Virus record (IMG/VR): IMGVR_UViG_3300023294_000070
Location: 1-28,894 of that record
From: a virus
Lineage: Duplodnaviria; Caudoviricetes
Length of the DNA stretch: 28,894 nt
Strand: one strand, 5' to 3'
A program made the position numbers and the translations under genes. Below the pieces are notes generated by a model that ran no database searches, was not told the origin of the DNA, and was given only the letters and a program-made list of their open reading frames with translations. Shown piece by piece: positions 1 through 8,277 of this stretch; the stretch's first letter is position 1, and the number at the start of each line of letters is the position of its first letter.

Positions 1-25
1 AATAGTTGAAACAACATCTGGCATA

Positions 26-72
26 CCCAGGGCCCTTTCCCAACACAGGGGGTTTGGGGGTTTTTTATTTTT
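26..72 (+). terminator. Putative intrinsic terminator/attenuator upstream of the first gene
   Basis: CCCAGG(G)CCCTTT (26-38) can pair with AGGGGGTTTGGG (47-58) using several G-U pairs, followed by TTTTTTATTTTT (61-72) and RBS GGAGG at 73-77. Confidence 0.45.
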
Positions 73-83
73 GGAGGGGCGAT

Positions 84-911
84 ATGGGCGACAGCGACGG
101 AAGCATATTAAAAGAGCAGATCAGGGACGTGGTTCACGCCATTGGTGAATCTTTGAACGAATCCCAGTGGTATGACTCCATTATTCTGGATCAGACGCAG
201 TACACGGAAACCATCGGGCTGGACAACCTACCGTTTAACGATTGCTTCATCGCAGACACGGTAACCGGCAGGTGTGAATGGTCTGCCGGGGATAAGATGC
301 GGTCGATCAAAAACGAGATCGTTTCTCTGCTGAAAGAGTCAGGTCCAGTTATCAAGGAATCCTTGACGACTGAAAACCCAACCAAAACCCAGCGGGAACC
401 CGGTGGTAACCCAAGCCTAACCCAGCGGGAACCCGAACATTACTCGTGGGAACCACTGCCAGCAGACAGGGGCGCGGTGTTCAAAGCGTTCACGAAATCA
501 GATGGGTGCCCGAATTACTCCAAGATTGAGCACGCTTGCGCTGGCATGGAAGCAGAGGAAGCCGGGGAGTTTATCGCCAAACTGCAAGCGTATGAAATCC
601 TAAAGCCAGTGTCTGATGAATGTGGCGTCTCTGATGAGGAGATGGGAGCGATTCGGACAAGACTGATTGAAATCGAGGGTTGGGACTGTAAGAACCAGCC
701 GGTCGATGTCGACAAGGCAGCCGATGCGATGAATCGCGCGATAGAAAAGCTTGATGGCAAGCCAAGTAAGCTGCTGCAGATGCCGGGTTGCCCATGGCCG
801 AGGGATGGCGAATTCAAAGCGGCTGTCAATGAGTTCCGCGTCAATGATGACTGCCTGGAATCGTTTGGCCCGAAGCTGGCTGATGGCGATGATCTCGCTG
901 ATACATCTTGA
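84..911 (+). CDS. Hypothetical phage protein (acidic, contains a short internal repeat)
   Basis: Long ORF. ATG at 84 follows a strong GGAGGGG RBS, so it is preferred to the TTG at 6. No recognisable motif. Confidence 0.7.
   Translation: MGDSDGSILKEQIRDVVHAIGESLNESQWYDSIILDQTQYTETIGLDNLPFNDCFIADTVTGRCEWSAGDKMRSIKNEIVSLLKESGPVIKESLTTENPTKTQREPGGNPSLTQREPEHYSWEPLPADRGAVFKAFTKSDGCPNYSKIEHACAGMEAEEAGEFIAKLQAYEILKPVSDECGVSDEEMGAIRTRLIEIEGWDCKNQPVDVDKAADAMNRAIEKLDGKPSKLLQMPGCPWPRDGEFKAAVNEFRVNDDCLESFGPKLADGDDLADTS
375..435 (+). repeat. Six AACCC motifs with exact 11-bp spacing, including a 17-bp direct repeat AACCCAGCGGGAACCCG
   Basis: AACCC begins at 375, 386, 397, 408, 419 and 430; 386-402 is identical to 419-435. 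Confidence 0.9.
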
Positions 912-953
912 CATCGTTCGGGTGCCTGCTTTGATCTGCCCCGGAGGTGGATT

Positions 954-1352
954 ATGAGTTTAACAACAGGCACAAGGGACTTACGAATGCTCGAACAGGT
1001 TGTTACGCATCCTCAGTGGGAGATGCCCCCTGGACTACACAAAGAGCTGCCTGCTGCGATGGCTGAGATTGCTTTTGCGAAGGTCACGGACCCGAGTACC
1101 GGCAAAGAGGCTTACGCCTACAACAGCCGCAAGCGTTCGATTGCCGCACGTATCTTAACCCACATGCACCAGCAGAATATCAACGCGGCTCCCCCGGTAC
1201 AGGAACACGACGTGCATGTATCTGGCGATCTACACGCCACGGTTGAACAGATGGAAAACTCCAATCTCTCAATCGAAGAACTGGAAGCACTGGCAGCATC
1301 AGCCCCCATATTCGACCGCCTCAAATCAATGCAGCAAAACGATGCAAACTGA
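954..1352 (+). CDS. Probable terminase small subunit
   Basis: 132 aa, helical-looking, GGAGGTGG RBS. Stop overlaps the large terminase start (TGATG). Assigned mainly by position. Confidence 0.6.
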   Translation: MSLTTGTRDLRMLEQVVTHPQWEMPPGLHKELPAAMAEIAFAKVTDPSTGKEAYAYNSRKRSIAARILTHMHQQNINAAPPVQEHDVHVSGDLHATVEQMENSNLSIEELEALAASAPIFDRLKSMQQNDAN

Positions 1353-3148
1353 TGTCATACGAATTCAGCGAACAGGATCAGAAAGCAGCGGACGCGGCCC
1401 GTATTCTGCTGGCGACGCGCAAGGCTCAGGCCGGTGATCCGTTCGACTGGATTGAATACCAGTGGGGCAAGATCTATTACGCGAAAGACATCGTGGAGAA
1501 CCCTGCCCTGCTCTCTGAGATCCAGCGGATGCGCGAACTCAAGCAGCGGCATCTGATTCTGGATGACTTCCAGGTTGATATGATCCGGTCTGTATTCGAT
1601 CCGGCTATCCGAGAGGTGTATGTCAAAGGCAATACCGGCTGCGGTAAAGGGGGCGCGGCGGGAATTATCATCTGTGCGTACTACTGCATTTACCCGGATG
1701 CACGTATCGTGATCACTCGCGACAGTTACAAAAAAGCCAAGGATGTGATGTTGGGCGAGGTCGATTCGTGGTGGCGTAAAATGCGTTATACCCCGACCTA
1801 TTTAGAGTTTCAGGCGACCGGCATCACGGATAAGAACAGCCGAAAACATGAGACCGTTGTCAGTTCGCCGAATTCCGGGGAAGGCTTTTCGGGCCAGCAC
1901 TCCCCGCATGTGTTGTTTGTGTTTGACGAAGCGACTGCCGAGGTACTTAACCCCCGGTTTGCACTGGCGAATACGCAGGCGAAGAAGTCTCTGTTTCTGG
2001 CGAATCCCCGTACGACGGCAGGCAAGTTCCGGGCCGGGTTCGATCTGGCTGACGAAGACGAAAAGGATCTGACTCAGACGCTGATTGGTCCCTATGGACG
2101 GCGGCGGTTAATCACCATCGGCGGCGGTGACTGTCTCAATGTCAAACTGAAGTGCCTGCAAACGGCGATTGCCCCCAAGGGCGGCGTGCTGATCGATGGC
2201 CAACGTTATGACGCGGGTGAGATGATTGACGCCATTGACATGCAGAAGGCGGCACCCGTCATTCCCGGCCAGACATCGTATGACACCTATCTGGGGCACC
2301 TCGAGCATCCAGACCCCGCTTGGGTGCGGGTGTACGCACATGGGAAGTTCCCGGATGAAGATCCAGATAAACAGTTGATCTTCCGCCGTTGGTTCAAAGA
2401 ACCAAATCGCCTCTGGAAGAAGTGGCATGATATACATCGCAGGCACAAAGAGCGGGCCATGCAGGGCCAGCACCTGATGAGCTGCATTCCCAGGCTGCTG
2501 GATCTGACATTGCCTGTTGAGGCTTTCGGTCTCGACGTGGGTGCCTCGCTGAATGGCGATCCCTCGACCTTGACTGCAGGCGGCAACAAAGGCATCCGGC
2601 AGGTACATGAGGTTCGGCTGGGCGATGCTGGCAGCCTCGTTGACTGGGCGATAGAGACCGCGCGCAAGTTCTACCGCATTGACCTAACCAAAGGCGGTCA
2701 CCCTGTGGGCGTTGATATGGATGGAGTCGGCTGGGGCGTGGTGGCCATGCTTCGCAAACGTGGCGTCAAAGTCGTTGAGATGCGTGGGAATGCCACTCCC
2801 GACGTGGACCCCAAACGATACACCAATCAGCGGGCAGAGAACTATGGCGAGTTCGCTAAACGGATTGATGAAAACGGTTCGTGGAAGGATATTCCGTTCA
2901 TGATCCCAGAAGACAATCTGTTGATTCAGGAGCTGACTGCTCCCGAAAAGATTCTGAGAACAGATGGTTTCAAATTCGCAATCACCCCCAAACGGAAGAT
3001 TCCAGGCAAGGAAAATCAAATCGAATCAGTGACAGAGAAGCTGGGCAGATCCCCCGACCGGGCCGACTCAGCAGTTTACTTTTACAGAGCATTGCAATCG
3101 GTGGATGTGTCCCTCGATTCAATCCTCGAAAACGACGAATTCTTCTAA
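1352..3148 (+). CDS. terL: Terminase large subunit
   Basis: Walker A VKGNTGCGKG, Walker B LFVFDEA, coupling motif FLANP; RNase H-like nuclease motifs FGLDVG, VDMDGVGWGV and RSPDRADS. Confidence 0.95.
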   Translation: MSYEFSEQDQKAADAARILLATRKAQAGDPFDWIEYQWGKIYYAKDIVENPALLSEIQRMRELKQRHLILDDFQVDMIRSVFDPAIREVYVKGNTGCGKGGAAGIIICAYYCIYPDARIVITRDSYKKAKDVMLGEVDSWWRKMRYTPTYLEFQATGITDKNSRKHETVVSSPNSGEGFSGQHSPHVLFVFDEATAEVLNPRFALANTQAKKSLFLANPRTTAGKFRAGFDLADEDEKDLTQTLIGPYGRRRLITIGGGDCLNVKLKCLQTAIAPKGGVLIDGQRYDAGEMIDAIDMQKAAPVIPGQTSYDTYLGHLEHPDPAWVRVYAHGKFPDEDPDKQLIFRRWFKEPNRLWKKWHDIHRRHKERAMQGQHLMSCIPRLLDLTLPVEAFGLDVGASLNGDPSTLTAGGNKGIRQVHEVRLGDAGSLVDWAIETARKFYRIDLTKGGHPVGVDMDGVGWGVVAMLRKRGVKVVEMRGNATPDVDPKRYTNQRAENYGEFAKRIDENGSWKDIPFMIPEDNLLIQELTAPEKILRTDGFKFAITPKRKIPGKENQIESVTEKLGRSPDRADSAVYFYRALQSVDVSLDSILENDEFF

Positions 3149-3160
3149 GGACTATGAGAA

Positions 3161-3763
3161 ATGGAAATCGCAGCCTCAAACGCTCAGTACATCAAGCACA
3201 ACAAGGAACTGCCTGAAGACAAACGGCAATCACACGTACTTCTAAAGTTCGCCAAGCCAATCAGGGTTTCGCAAGTAAAAGAGTTCTTTCGGATTCACCT
3301 GAGTCCAGAGATGCACGCTCAGGGGGAAGAAGGATTCCAGACTGAGATCCTACAGGGAAGCCGATCCCAGAAAGGTGGATTGTGCAAGAACTGCGGCCAG
3401 CAGATGGAACGACCAGCAGAAGCCTGGTGTATCTGCCGGAATGATTCGTGCAAGAATGCGGGCAGGCGGGTTTATACCGGCAAGCCCCGGGGCGTGATCG
3501 ATGTTCTGGTCTTCCCTGACTTCATTTGTGCCGTGGAAACAGAGACAGAAACGCTGGTCAACGGCAACCCGTTTGACCTGCTCAGCGGGAAAATGACGCT
3601 GGATCAGTATTCCAAGCTCCCCACCATGGAATTGAGCCATCAGGTTGAATTCGTCAATCAGTGTTTACTTGCTTTGGACCGTCGCTACCCTGATTCCGTT
3701 TTAGCCGGTGTGTACCGCGCAGCAGGGACTATTTGCGACATGAATCATTGGACTATGAAATGA
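3161..3763 (+). CDS. Hypothetical protein with putative zinc ribbon
   Basis: 200-aa ORF in the operon; CKNC ... CICRNDSC cysteine pairs. Confidence 0.7.
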   Translation: MEIAASNAQYIKHNKELPEDKRQSHVLLKFAKPIRVSQVKEFFRIHLSPEMHAQGEEGFQTEILQGSRSQKGGLCKNCGQQMERPAEAWCICRNDSCKNAGRRVYTGKPRGVIDVLVFPDFICAVETETETLVNGNPFDLLSGKMTLDQYSKLPTMELSHQVEFVNQCLLALDRRYPDSVLAGVYRAAGTICDMNHWTMK

Positions 3764-3993
3764 CGGAGAAAAAGAAGGTTCGCGTAATCAAGGTGCCGAG
3801 ATATGTCTTGCGGGAATTCAAGTTGCTGCAGTACCAGAATGAATTGCTCGAGGATCGGGTTAAATATCAGGGTGAAATCATTTCAGCCCTGAGGGATGCT
3901 GTTCAGACATTCCAGGCAAAGGCGAATCTGGAGGGGGCTATCCACACAACCGAACTGCAGGCGTTAATTAAGGCAGTCAACAATGAGCAATAG
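3760..3993 (+). CDS. Small hypothetical coiled-coil protein
   Basis: ATGA overlap with the upstream stop; heptad-like LQYQNELLEDRVKYQGEIISAL; overlaps the portal start. Confidence 0.65.
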   Translation: MTEKKKVRVIKVPRYVLREFKLLQYQNELLEDRVKYQGEIISALRDAVQTFQAKANLEGAIHTTELQALIKAVNNEQ

Positions 3994-5380
3994 ATTTCTT
4001 GACACATTCAGTCCACAGGTCGCACAAGCAGTGGGTGGTCCCGACCTGCCTTCGATCATGTCCATGCCTTCAATGCGTGGCTCGTACAGTTCGATGCAAA
4101 AGGAAAAAGAGCAGATCGAATCATTTGAACTGTGGAACTACGTGGCCATCAATCGGATTGCCACCAAGGTATCAGAGGCACACCCCATTTTCGGCGTGCC
4201 AGTCAAGACCGAGCCGGGGCAGCGGCTGCACCTGGACAGAAAGCAAAAGCATCACCTGCGCGCGACATATAAGGGTGTACTGCAGTCAGAGGCGTATGAC
4301 CTGAAGCCGATTCCTGACGCAAACCCGCTGGTCAAGCTGTTTCAGACTTGCAATGAGATGGACTGGTGGGAGGCGCTGCGGTACGAAACAGAAATGTTTC
4401 TCAGGCTCACTGGCCAGTTCTTTTGGTGGGTGGTGCCTAACGGTCTCGGGCTGCCTGCTGCCATCTACGTGATGCCCAATGACTGGATGACTCCGATCTG
4501 GGACTATGCTGGTGTGCTTGATCACTGGATGGTCACGCCGGAAGGCCGCGCGAAACAATTCCGAATACCAGCGGAAGAGATTGAAATCTGCGGTTTCAAG
4601 AATCCGAAATCAAAGTTCAGTGGTCATAGCCCTGTTGAGGCGGGTGCGATCTGGATTGACAACACGAAGTCGATCGAGCGCAGCCGCTGGCATTCGTTTA
4701 AGAACTCAATCAATCCCTCTGTGGTGCTGAATCTGGGAGACAGCTACAGCTCCCAAGTCACGAAGGAAGAAATTCGTCGCATCAAAGAGCGTGTGATGTA
4801 CCGCATCTCAGGCGTGGAAAATACATCCGAGCCCTTCCTTGTACCGCCTGACATGAAGATGGATAAGCTGCATTATGCCCCGAAGGAACTGGATTTCTCA
4901 AACTCATCGGGCGATGTGCGGGATTCGGTCTTTGCACTGCATGGTGTACCAAAAATTCTAGCAGGCGTAACCAGTGACATGAACCGATCCGTGGTGGAGA
5001 CAGCGTACCTAGTCTTCTGCGAGAACGTCGTTAATCCTTCAAACAGGATGCTGGCTGGCTTTATCACTCATCGAATTGCCAACAAGTTCGATCCCCGAAT
5101 TGTCTGCTATTTCGAAGACTGTGCACCGGATGACTGGGAACGGCAACTCAAAGAGGACGAACTCGACTTTAAGATCGGGGCGCTTTCTCCAGACATGCAG
5201 TTGGTCAAGCGTAATCGTCAGCCGCTGGGTACTCCTGCATCGCAGTCTACATACATCGCCAGCAGCTTTGTCCCGCTGGATGACGCACTGGCTATGGATG
5301 AAATTGACGACGACGCGGAAGAGGAATCGACCACTACGGCCCCACCGGAACCAGAAGATGACAACACTGACGACGAATAG
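3983..5380 (+). CDS. Portal protein (HK97 family)
   Basis: 465 aa with YVAINRIA, LRLTGQFFWW, FSGHSPVEA, FALHGVPKILAG motifs and an acidic C-tail; position after terminase. Confidence 0.92.
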   Translation: MSNRFLDTFSPQVAQAVGGPDLPSIMSMPSMRGSYSSMQKEKEQIESFELWNYVAINRIATKVSEAHPIFGVPVKTEPGQRLHLDRKQKHHLRATYKGVLQSEAYDLKPIPDANPLVKLFQTCNEMDWWEALRYETEMFLRLTGQFFWWVVPNGLGLPAAIYVMPNDWMTPIWDYAGVLDHWMVTPEGRAKQFRIPAEEIEICGFKNPKSKFSGHSPVEAGAIWIDNTKSIERSRWHSFKNSINPSVVLNLGDSYSSQVTKEEIRRIKERVMYRISGVENTSEPFLVPPDMKMDKLHYAPKELDFSNSSGDVRDSVFALHGVPKILAGVTSDMNRSVVETAYLVFCENVVNPSNRMLAGFITHRIANKFDPRIVCYFEDCAPDDWERQLKEDELDFKIGALSPDMQLVKRNRQPLGTPASQSTYIASSFVPLDDALAMDEIDDDAEEESTTTAPPEPEDDNTDDE

Positions 5381-6266
5381 GCTGGAGCCGTTCTTTGCCC
5401 AAAAGTCAAAGAAAGACGCGGCATATAAACGCCGTCGGCGGATCGGTAAGAGCTGGCGACGGGCCTACGATCCCACTGAATCCAGGGTGTTGAAGAAGCA
5501 GACTGCATTCTGGCGTGGCGTTTCTTCTGATGTCATGAAACGCGTGGAGAAAATCGGTAAAACCGGATTCACTGTGGATGATGTGTTCAAGCCGTCCGAC
5601 TACAAATCCCGCTTCAATCGCCTGATGGTGCCAGAGTGGAACCGGATGCTCTGGCGTGGCGTGGAGTTCGAACAACAGTGGTTTGATACTCAGGAGATAG
5701 ATCAGAGGTTTCTCGCACAGGTAATACAGGATGTCACTCTGGAAGATGCTGAGGCCCCGCCGTCTATCCATGTTGAGATGTCACCTGAAGTGCAGCGCAA
5801 GGCAAAGAAGTTCCTGAGCCAGAGGGAAGCTGGCATTTGGAATCGCGTAGGGGCAACATCCCATAAAGGGCTCAGGCGTGCGATCGAGAAAGGCCTGAAG
5901 GACGGGGACAGTCTTGACGCCATGTCAAAGCGAATCAGGGGCATCTTGAATAATCAAACCAAGTATACATCCAGGCGAATTGCTCGCACTGAAGTGACTG
6001 GCTCCATGAATTATGGCCAGCAGATCACGAGAACAGAAATCGGGATTGACAAGAAATGGTGGATTGCAACTATCGACCAACTAACACGCGGAGTCAAACC
6101 CAGCGATCGGTTTAATCACATCGCAGCGGACGGCCAGATTGTAAAGAACAACGAAGCCTACACGGTCAGTGGTGAGAAACTGATTCATCCTGGAGACAAC
6201 TCACTGGGAGCATCCGCAGGGAACATTATTCATTGCCGCTGCACCTCAGTGGCCTACTTTGATTGA
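5358..6266 (+). CDS. Minor head / head morphogenesis protein (SPP1 gp7 / MuF family)
   Basis: RRIARTEV, KKWWIATID, HPGD...AGNIIHCRC motifs. Start chosen at ATG 5358, overlapping the portal end. Confidence 0.9.
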   Translation: MTTLTTNRLEPFFAQKSKKDAAYKRRRRIGKSWRRAYDPTESRVLKKQTAFWRGVSSDVMKRVEKIGKTGFTVDDVFKPSDYKSRFNRLMVPEWNRMLWRGVEFEQQWFDTQEIDQRFLAQVIQDVTLEDAEAPPSIHVEMSPEVQRKAKKFLSQREAGIWNRVGATSHKGLRRAIEKGLKDGDSLDAMSKRIRGILNNQTKYTSRRIARTEVTGSMNYGQQITRTEIGIDKKWWIATIDQLTRGVKPSDRFNHIAADGQIVKNNEAYTVSGEKLIHPGDNSLGASAGNIIHCRCTSVAYFD

Positions 6267-6269
6267 GGA

Positions 6270-6710
6270 ATGAAATCGATGGCTAAAGCTAAAGAAGCAG
6301 CAACAAAAGGACCGTTCAGGGTTAAGTACCAGATCCTTGGGCGCAAGGCCGAAACCCGGAATGTCACCATCCCAGAGCCAACAGCAGATCAGGCGGAACA
6401 GGAAGCAGCCATCAAAAAAGTGCTGGCTGCTGAATACAAGGTGCCCGTAGCGGGCGTGAAGATCCTGCCGCAGAACCCGATTGAAAAGCCGGTTGAGTTT
6501 GACGGTTCTGATGTTGCTGATGCCGAAAAGAAAGGCCCCATGACGGTCGAGAAGGTCCGTGCACTGAAGAAGCCGGAACTGATTGAATTCGCCACGGCTA
6601 ATGAATTCGATCTCGGCGAAGACCCCAACAAGATCTCGGAAGAGGACCTGCGGGAAATCGTTGCCATGATGTTTGAAGATCGCCAGAAAGGCCTTGAAGC
6701 CGAGAAGTAA
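6270..6710 (+). CDS. Hypothetical head-module protein with C-terminal Rho-N/HeH-like helical motif
   Basis: GAGGA RBS; ALKKPELIEFATANEFDLG...SEEDLRE resembles Rho-N-like folds. Confidence 0.6.
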   Translation: MKSMAKAKEAATKGPFRVKYQILGRKAETRNVTIPEPTADQAEQEAAIKKVLAAEYKVPVAGVKILPQNPIEKPVEFDGSDVADAEKKGPMTVEKVRALKKPELIEFATANEFDLGEDPNKISEEDLREIVAMMFEDRQKGLEAEK

Positions 6711-6769
6711 ATCGCAACTGTTAAGTATTTCTTAATAGTTCACCGACACATCCCGATGGAGTTTAAATC

Positions 6770-7939
6770 ATGCCTGCTGCAACTGTTATTGATGATGAAT
6801 TGGATCAGGAAGACGTACCGGAATTCGTTTCGGATATGGATTCGATCCAGTCTGACATGATGTCTCATGCACCGGATCTGGTACTTCCATCGGGGCGTTT
6901 ATGCCAGCGTGATGAATCAGCGATCTACCAGGCATCCGATGCCGGGGCGATGTCTGCGGACTTTGTGATCGTGACCCGTCCGAAAGAGCAGAACCGCCAC
7001 GGGAACATGCTGCAGTTGATTCCCAACAAATTTGGTAAGGGCATTGTCACGCAGTATTACGAACAGAACCCAGTCGTGCTTTATGATCACGGCCTGTCTG
7101 GTGAGACTCTGCCGATTGGAACCAGTCGTAATCCAAGCGGAAAGCTGGCACTGAAAGCCTCAGCCAAAAAAGTTGTGGCCACCGTCTACTTCAGCAAGCT
7201 GCCCCATGCAGAACCTTATTTTGCCGCTGTGGATGAAGGAATTCTGCGAATGGCATCCATCGGGTTCAACGTCTTAAAGGCCATGATGAACAAGGCCATG
7301 AAGGCTGAGCAACTGGCAGAAGGCGTTGAGCACTGGAGCGGCTGGCGCGGGTATGACTTCGTTGAAACCGAGATGCTGGAATGGTCAATCACGCCAATCG
7401 GTGCAGATCGTGGTTCACTTCGCCAGGCTCTGGAACGCGGGAAGATCCACGATGTCAAGATGCCGCTGCACATGATTCAATCGTTCCAGCAGGCAGCAGG
7501 AGACAAGCCCGCATGGACTCCCGGAATGGACTTCATGCAGCTATCGATCGCCGGTGGCATGATCGATATGAAAGGTTCTCACGAACAGATCAGCCAGTTT
7601 CTCAAGTCGGATTCGGCTGAGATTCTGCAAAAGATCGGTAAAGAATTTTCAACCCAAACACAAAAACCAAAAGAAAATGTTGACACGGTTCGGTCAGAAG
7701 TTATCAAACCAGCAGAAACACAGTCCGAGAAGACTGAAGAACCACAGTTAATTCCGGTTGAAGATCTGGGAAACAGCGTGGTTCAGCAGTTGAATCAGTC
7801 AAAGAAACAGCAGCAGCAGGTTGTTGATTCACTCACACAATCGGTTATGCAATCAGTCAGTGAGATTCTGAAGCCGGTGCGTGAAGGTCAGCAGCAGTTG
7901 CAAAGTCAGCTAAAGACGATGACAGGTAAACTCGATTGA
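6770..7939 (+). CDS. Prohead maturation protease (HK97-type, S78-like) with long Gln-rich C-terminal extension
   Basis: NRHG, NPVVLYDH, LPIG, GILRMASIGF and MLEWSITPIGA motifs; GGAG RBS. Confidence 0.9.
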   Translation: MPAATVIDDELDQEDVPEFVSDMDSIQSDMMSHAPDLVLPSGRLCQRDESAIYQASDAGAMSADFVIVTRPKEQNRHGNMLQLIPNKFGKGIVTQYYEQNPVVLYDHGLSGETLPIGTSRNPSGKLALKASAKKVVATVYFSKLPHAEPYFAAVDEGILRMASIGFNVLKAMMNKAMKAEQLAEGVEHWSGWRGYDFVETEMLEWSITPIGADRGSLRQALERGKIHDVKMPLHMIQSFQQAAGDKPAWTPGMDFMQLSIAGGMIDMKGSHEQISQFLKSDSAEILQKIGKEFSTQTQKPKENVDTVRSEVIKPAETQSEKTEEPQLIPVEDLGNSVVQQLNQSKKQQQQVVDSLTQSVMQSVSEILKPVREGQQQLQSQLKTMTGKLD

Positions 7940-8109
7940 ATCAGCAACAACACAAGCAGGCGCGTGAAGAGCTTACCAAGGCATTCACAGATCTGCTGGA
8001 TCAGGCAGAACAAAAACCATTCTGCACGATCCAACTGGAAGTCAAAGTCAAAGATGGAAAGTTTTTCCATTACGACGCTCAGTTTAAAGAGTCGCACAAA
8101 ATTACATAA
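7936..8109 (+). CDS. Small hypothetical protein (57 aa), not in the ORF track; weak resemblance to DUF2292/YezD-type proteins
   Basis: TTG start overlaps the protease stop (TTGA). Translates MNQQQHKQAREELTKAFTDLLDQAEQKPFCTIQLEVKVKDGKFFHYDAQFKESHKIT and exactly fills the gap to the tRNA. Confidence 0.65.
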   Translation: MNQQQHKQAREELTKAFTDLLDQAEQKPFCTIQLEVKVKDGKFFHYDAQFKESHKIT

Positions 8110-8184
8110 CGCCGGTTAGGGAAGTTCGGCCATCCCGCTTGACTCATAATCAAGAGACCGCTGGTTCAAATCCAGCACCGGCCA
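8110..8184 (+). tRNA. tRNA with CAT anticodon (Met/fMet-like; Ile2 not excluded), CCA not encoded
   Basis: Full cloverleaf: acceptor GCCGGT/ACCGGC with C1xC72 mismatch, D stem GGGA/TCCC, anticodon stem CTTGA/TCAAG with loop CTCATAA, T arm GCTGG-TTCAAAT-CCAGC, discriminator A. Confidence 0.93.
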
Positions 8185-8214
8185 TTTAACTCATTTTCGG
8201 GTATTGGAAGAACC

Positions 8215-8254
8215 AAACCTCGTGTCACATTCATTTGTGGTGCGAGGTTTTTTT
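8215..8254 (+). terminator. Intrinsic terminator-like hairpin immediately upstream of the capsid gene
   Basis: AAACCTCGTGTCACA-TTCATT-TGTGGTGCGAGGTTT with a 7-T run at 8248-8254. Confidence 0.75.
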
Positions 8255-8277
8255 ATTGCACTTACGGGAGTTTGATC

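Noticed and set aside
6-83. N-terminal extension of the first ORF from TTG at 6
   Set aside because: Spans a hairpin and U-tract; the strong RBS points to ATG 84.
1352-3148. Intein or intron in the large terminase
   Set aside because: Length is modest, and no splice-junction or homing endonuclease motifs are evident; only short insertions.
5076-5357. N-terminal extension of the gp7-like ORF
   Set aside because: Overlaps the portal gene by about 300 nt; ATG 5358 gives typical coupling.
8110-8184. tRNA as prophage attachment site
   Set aside because: Flanked on both sides by head genes; no integrase or duplicated tRNA 3' end in the window.
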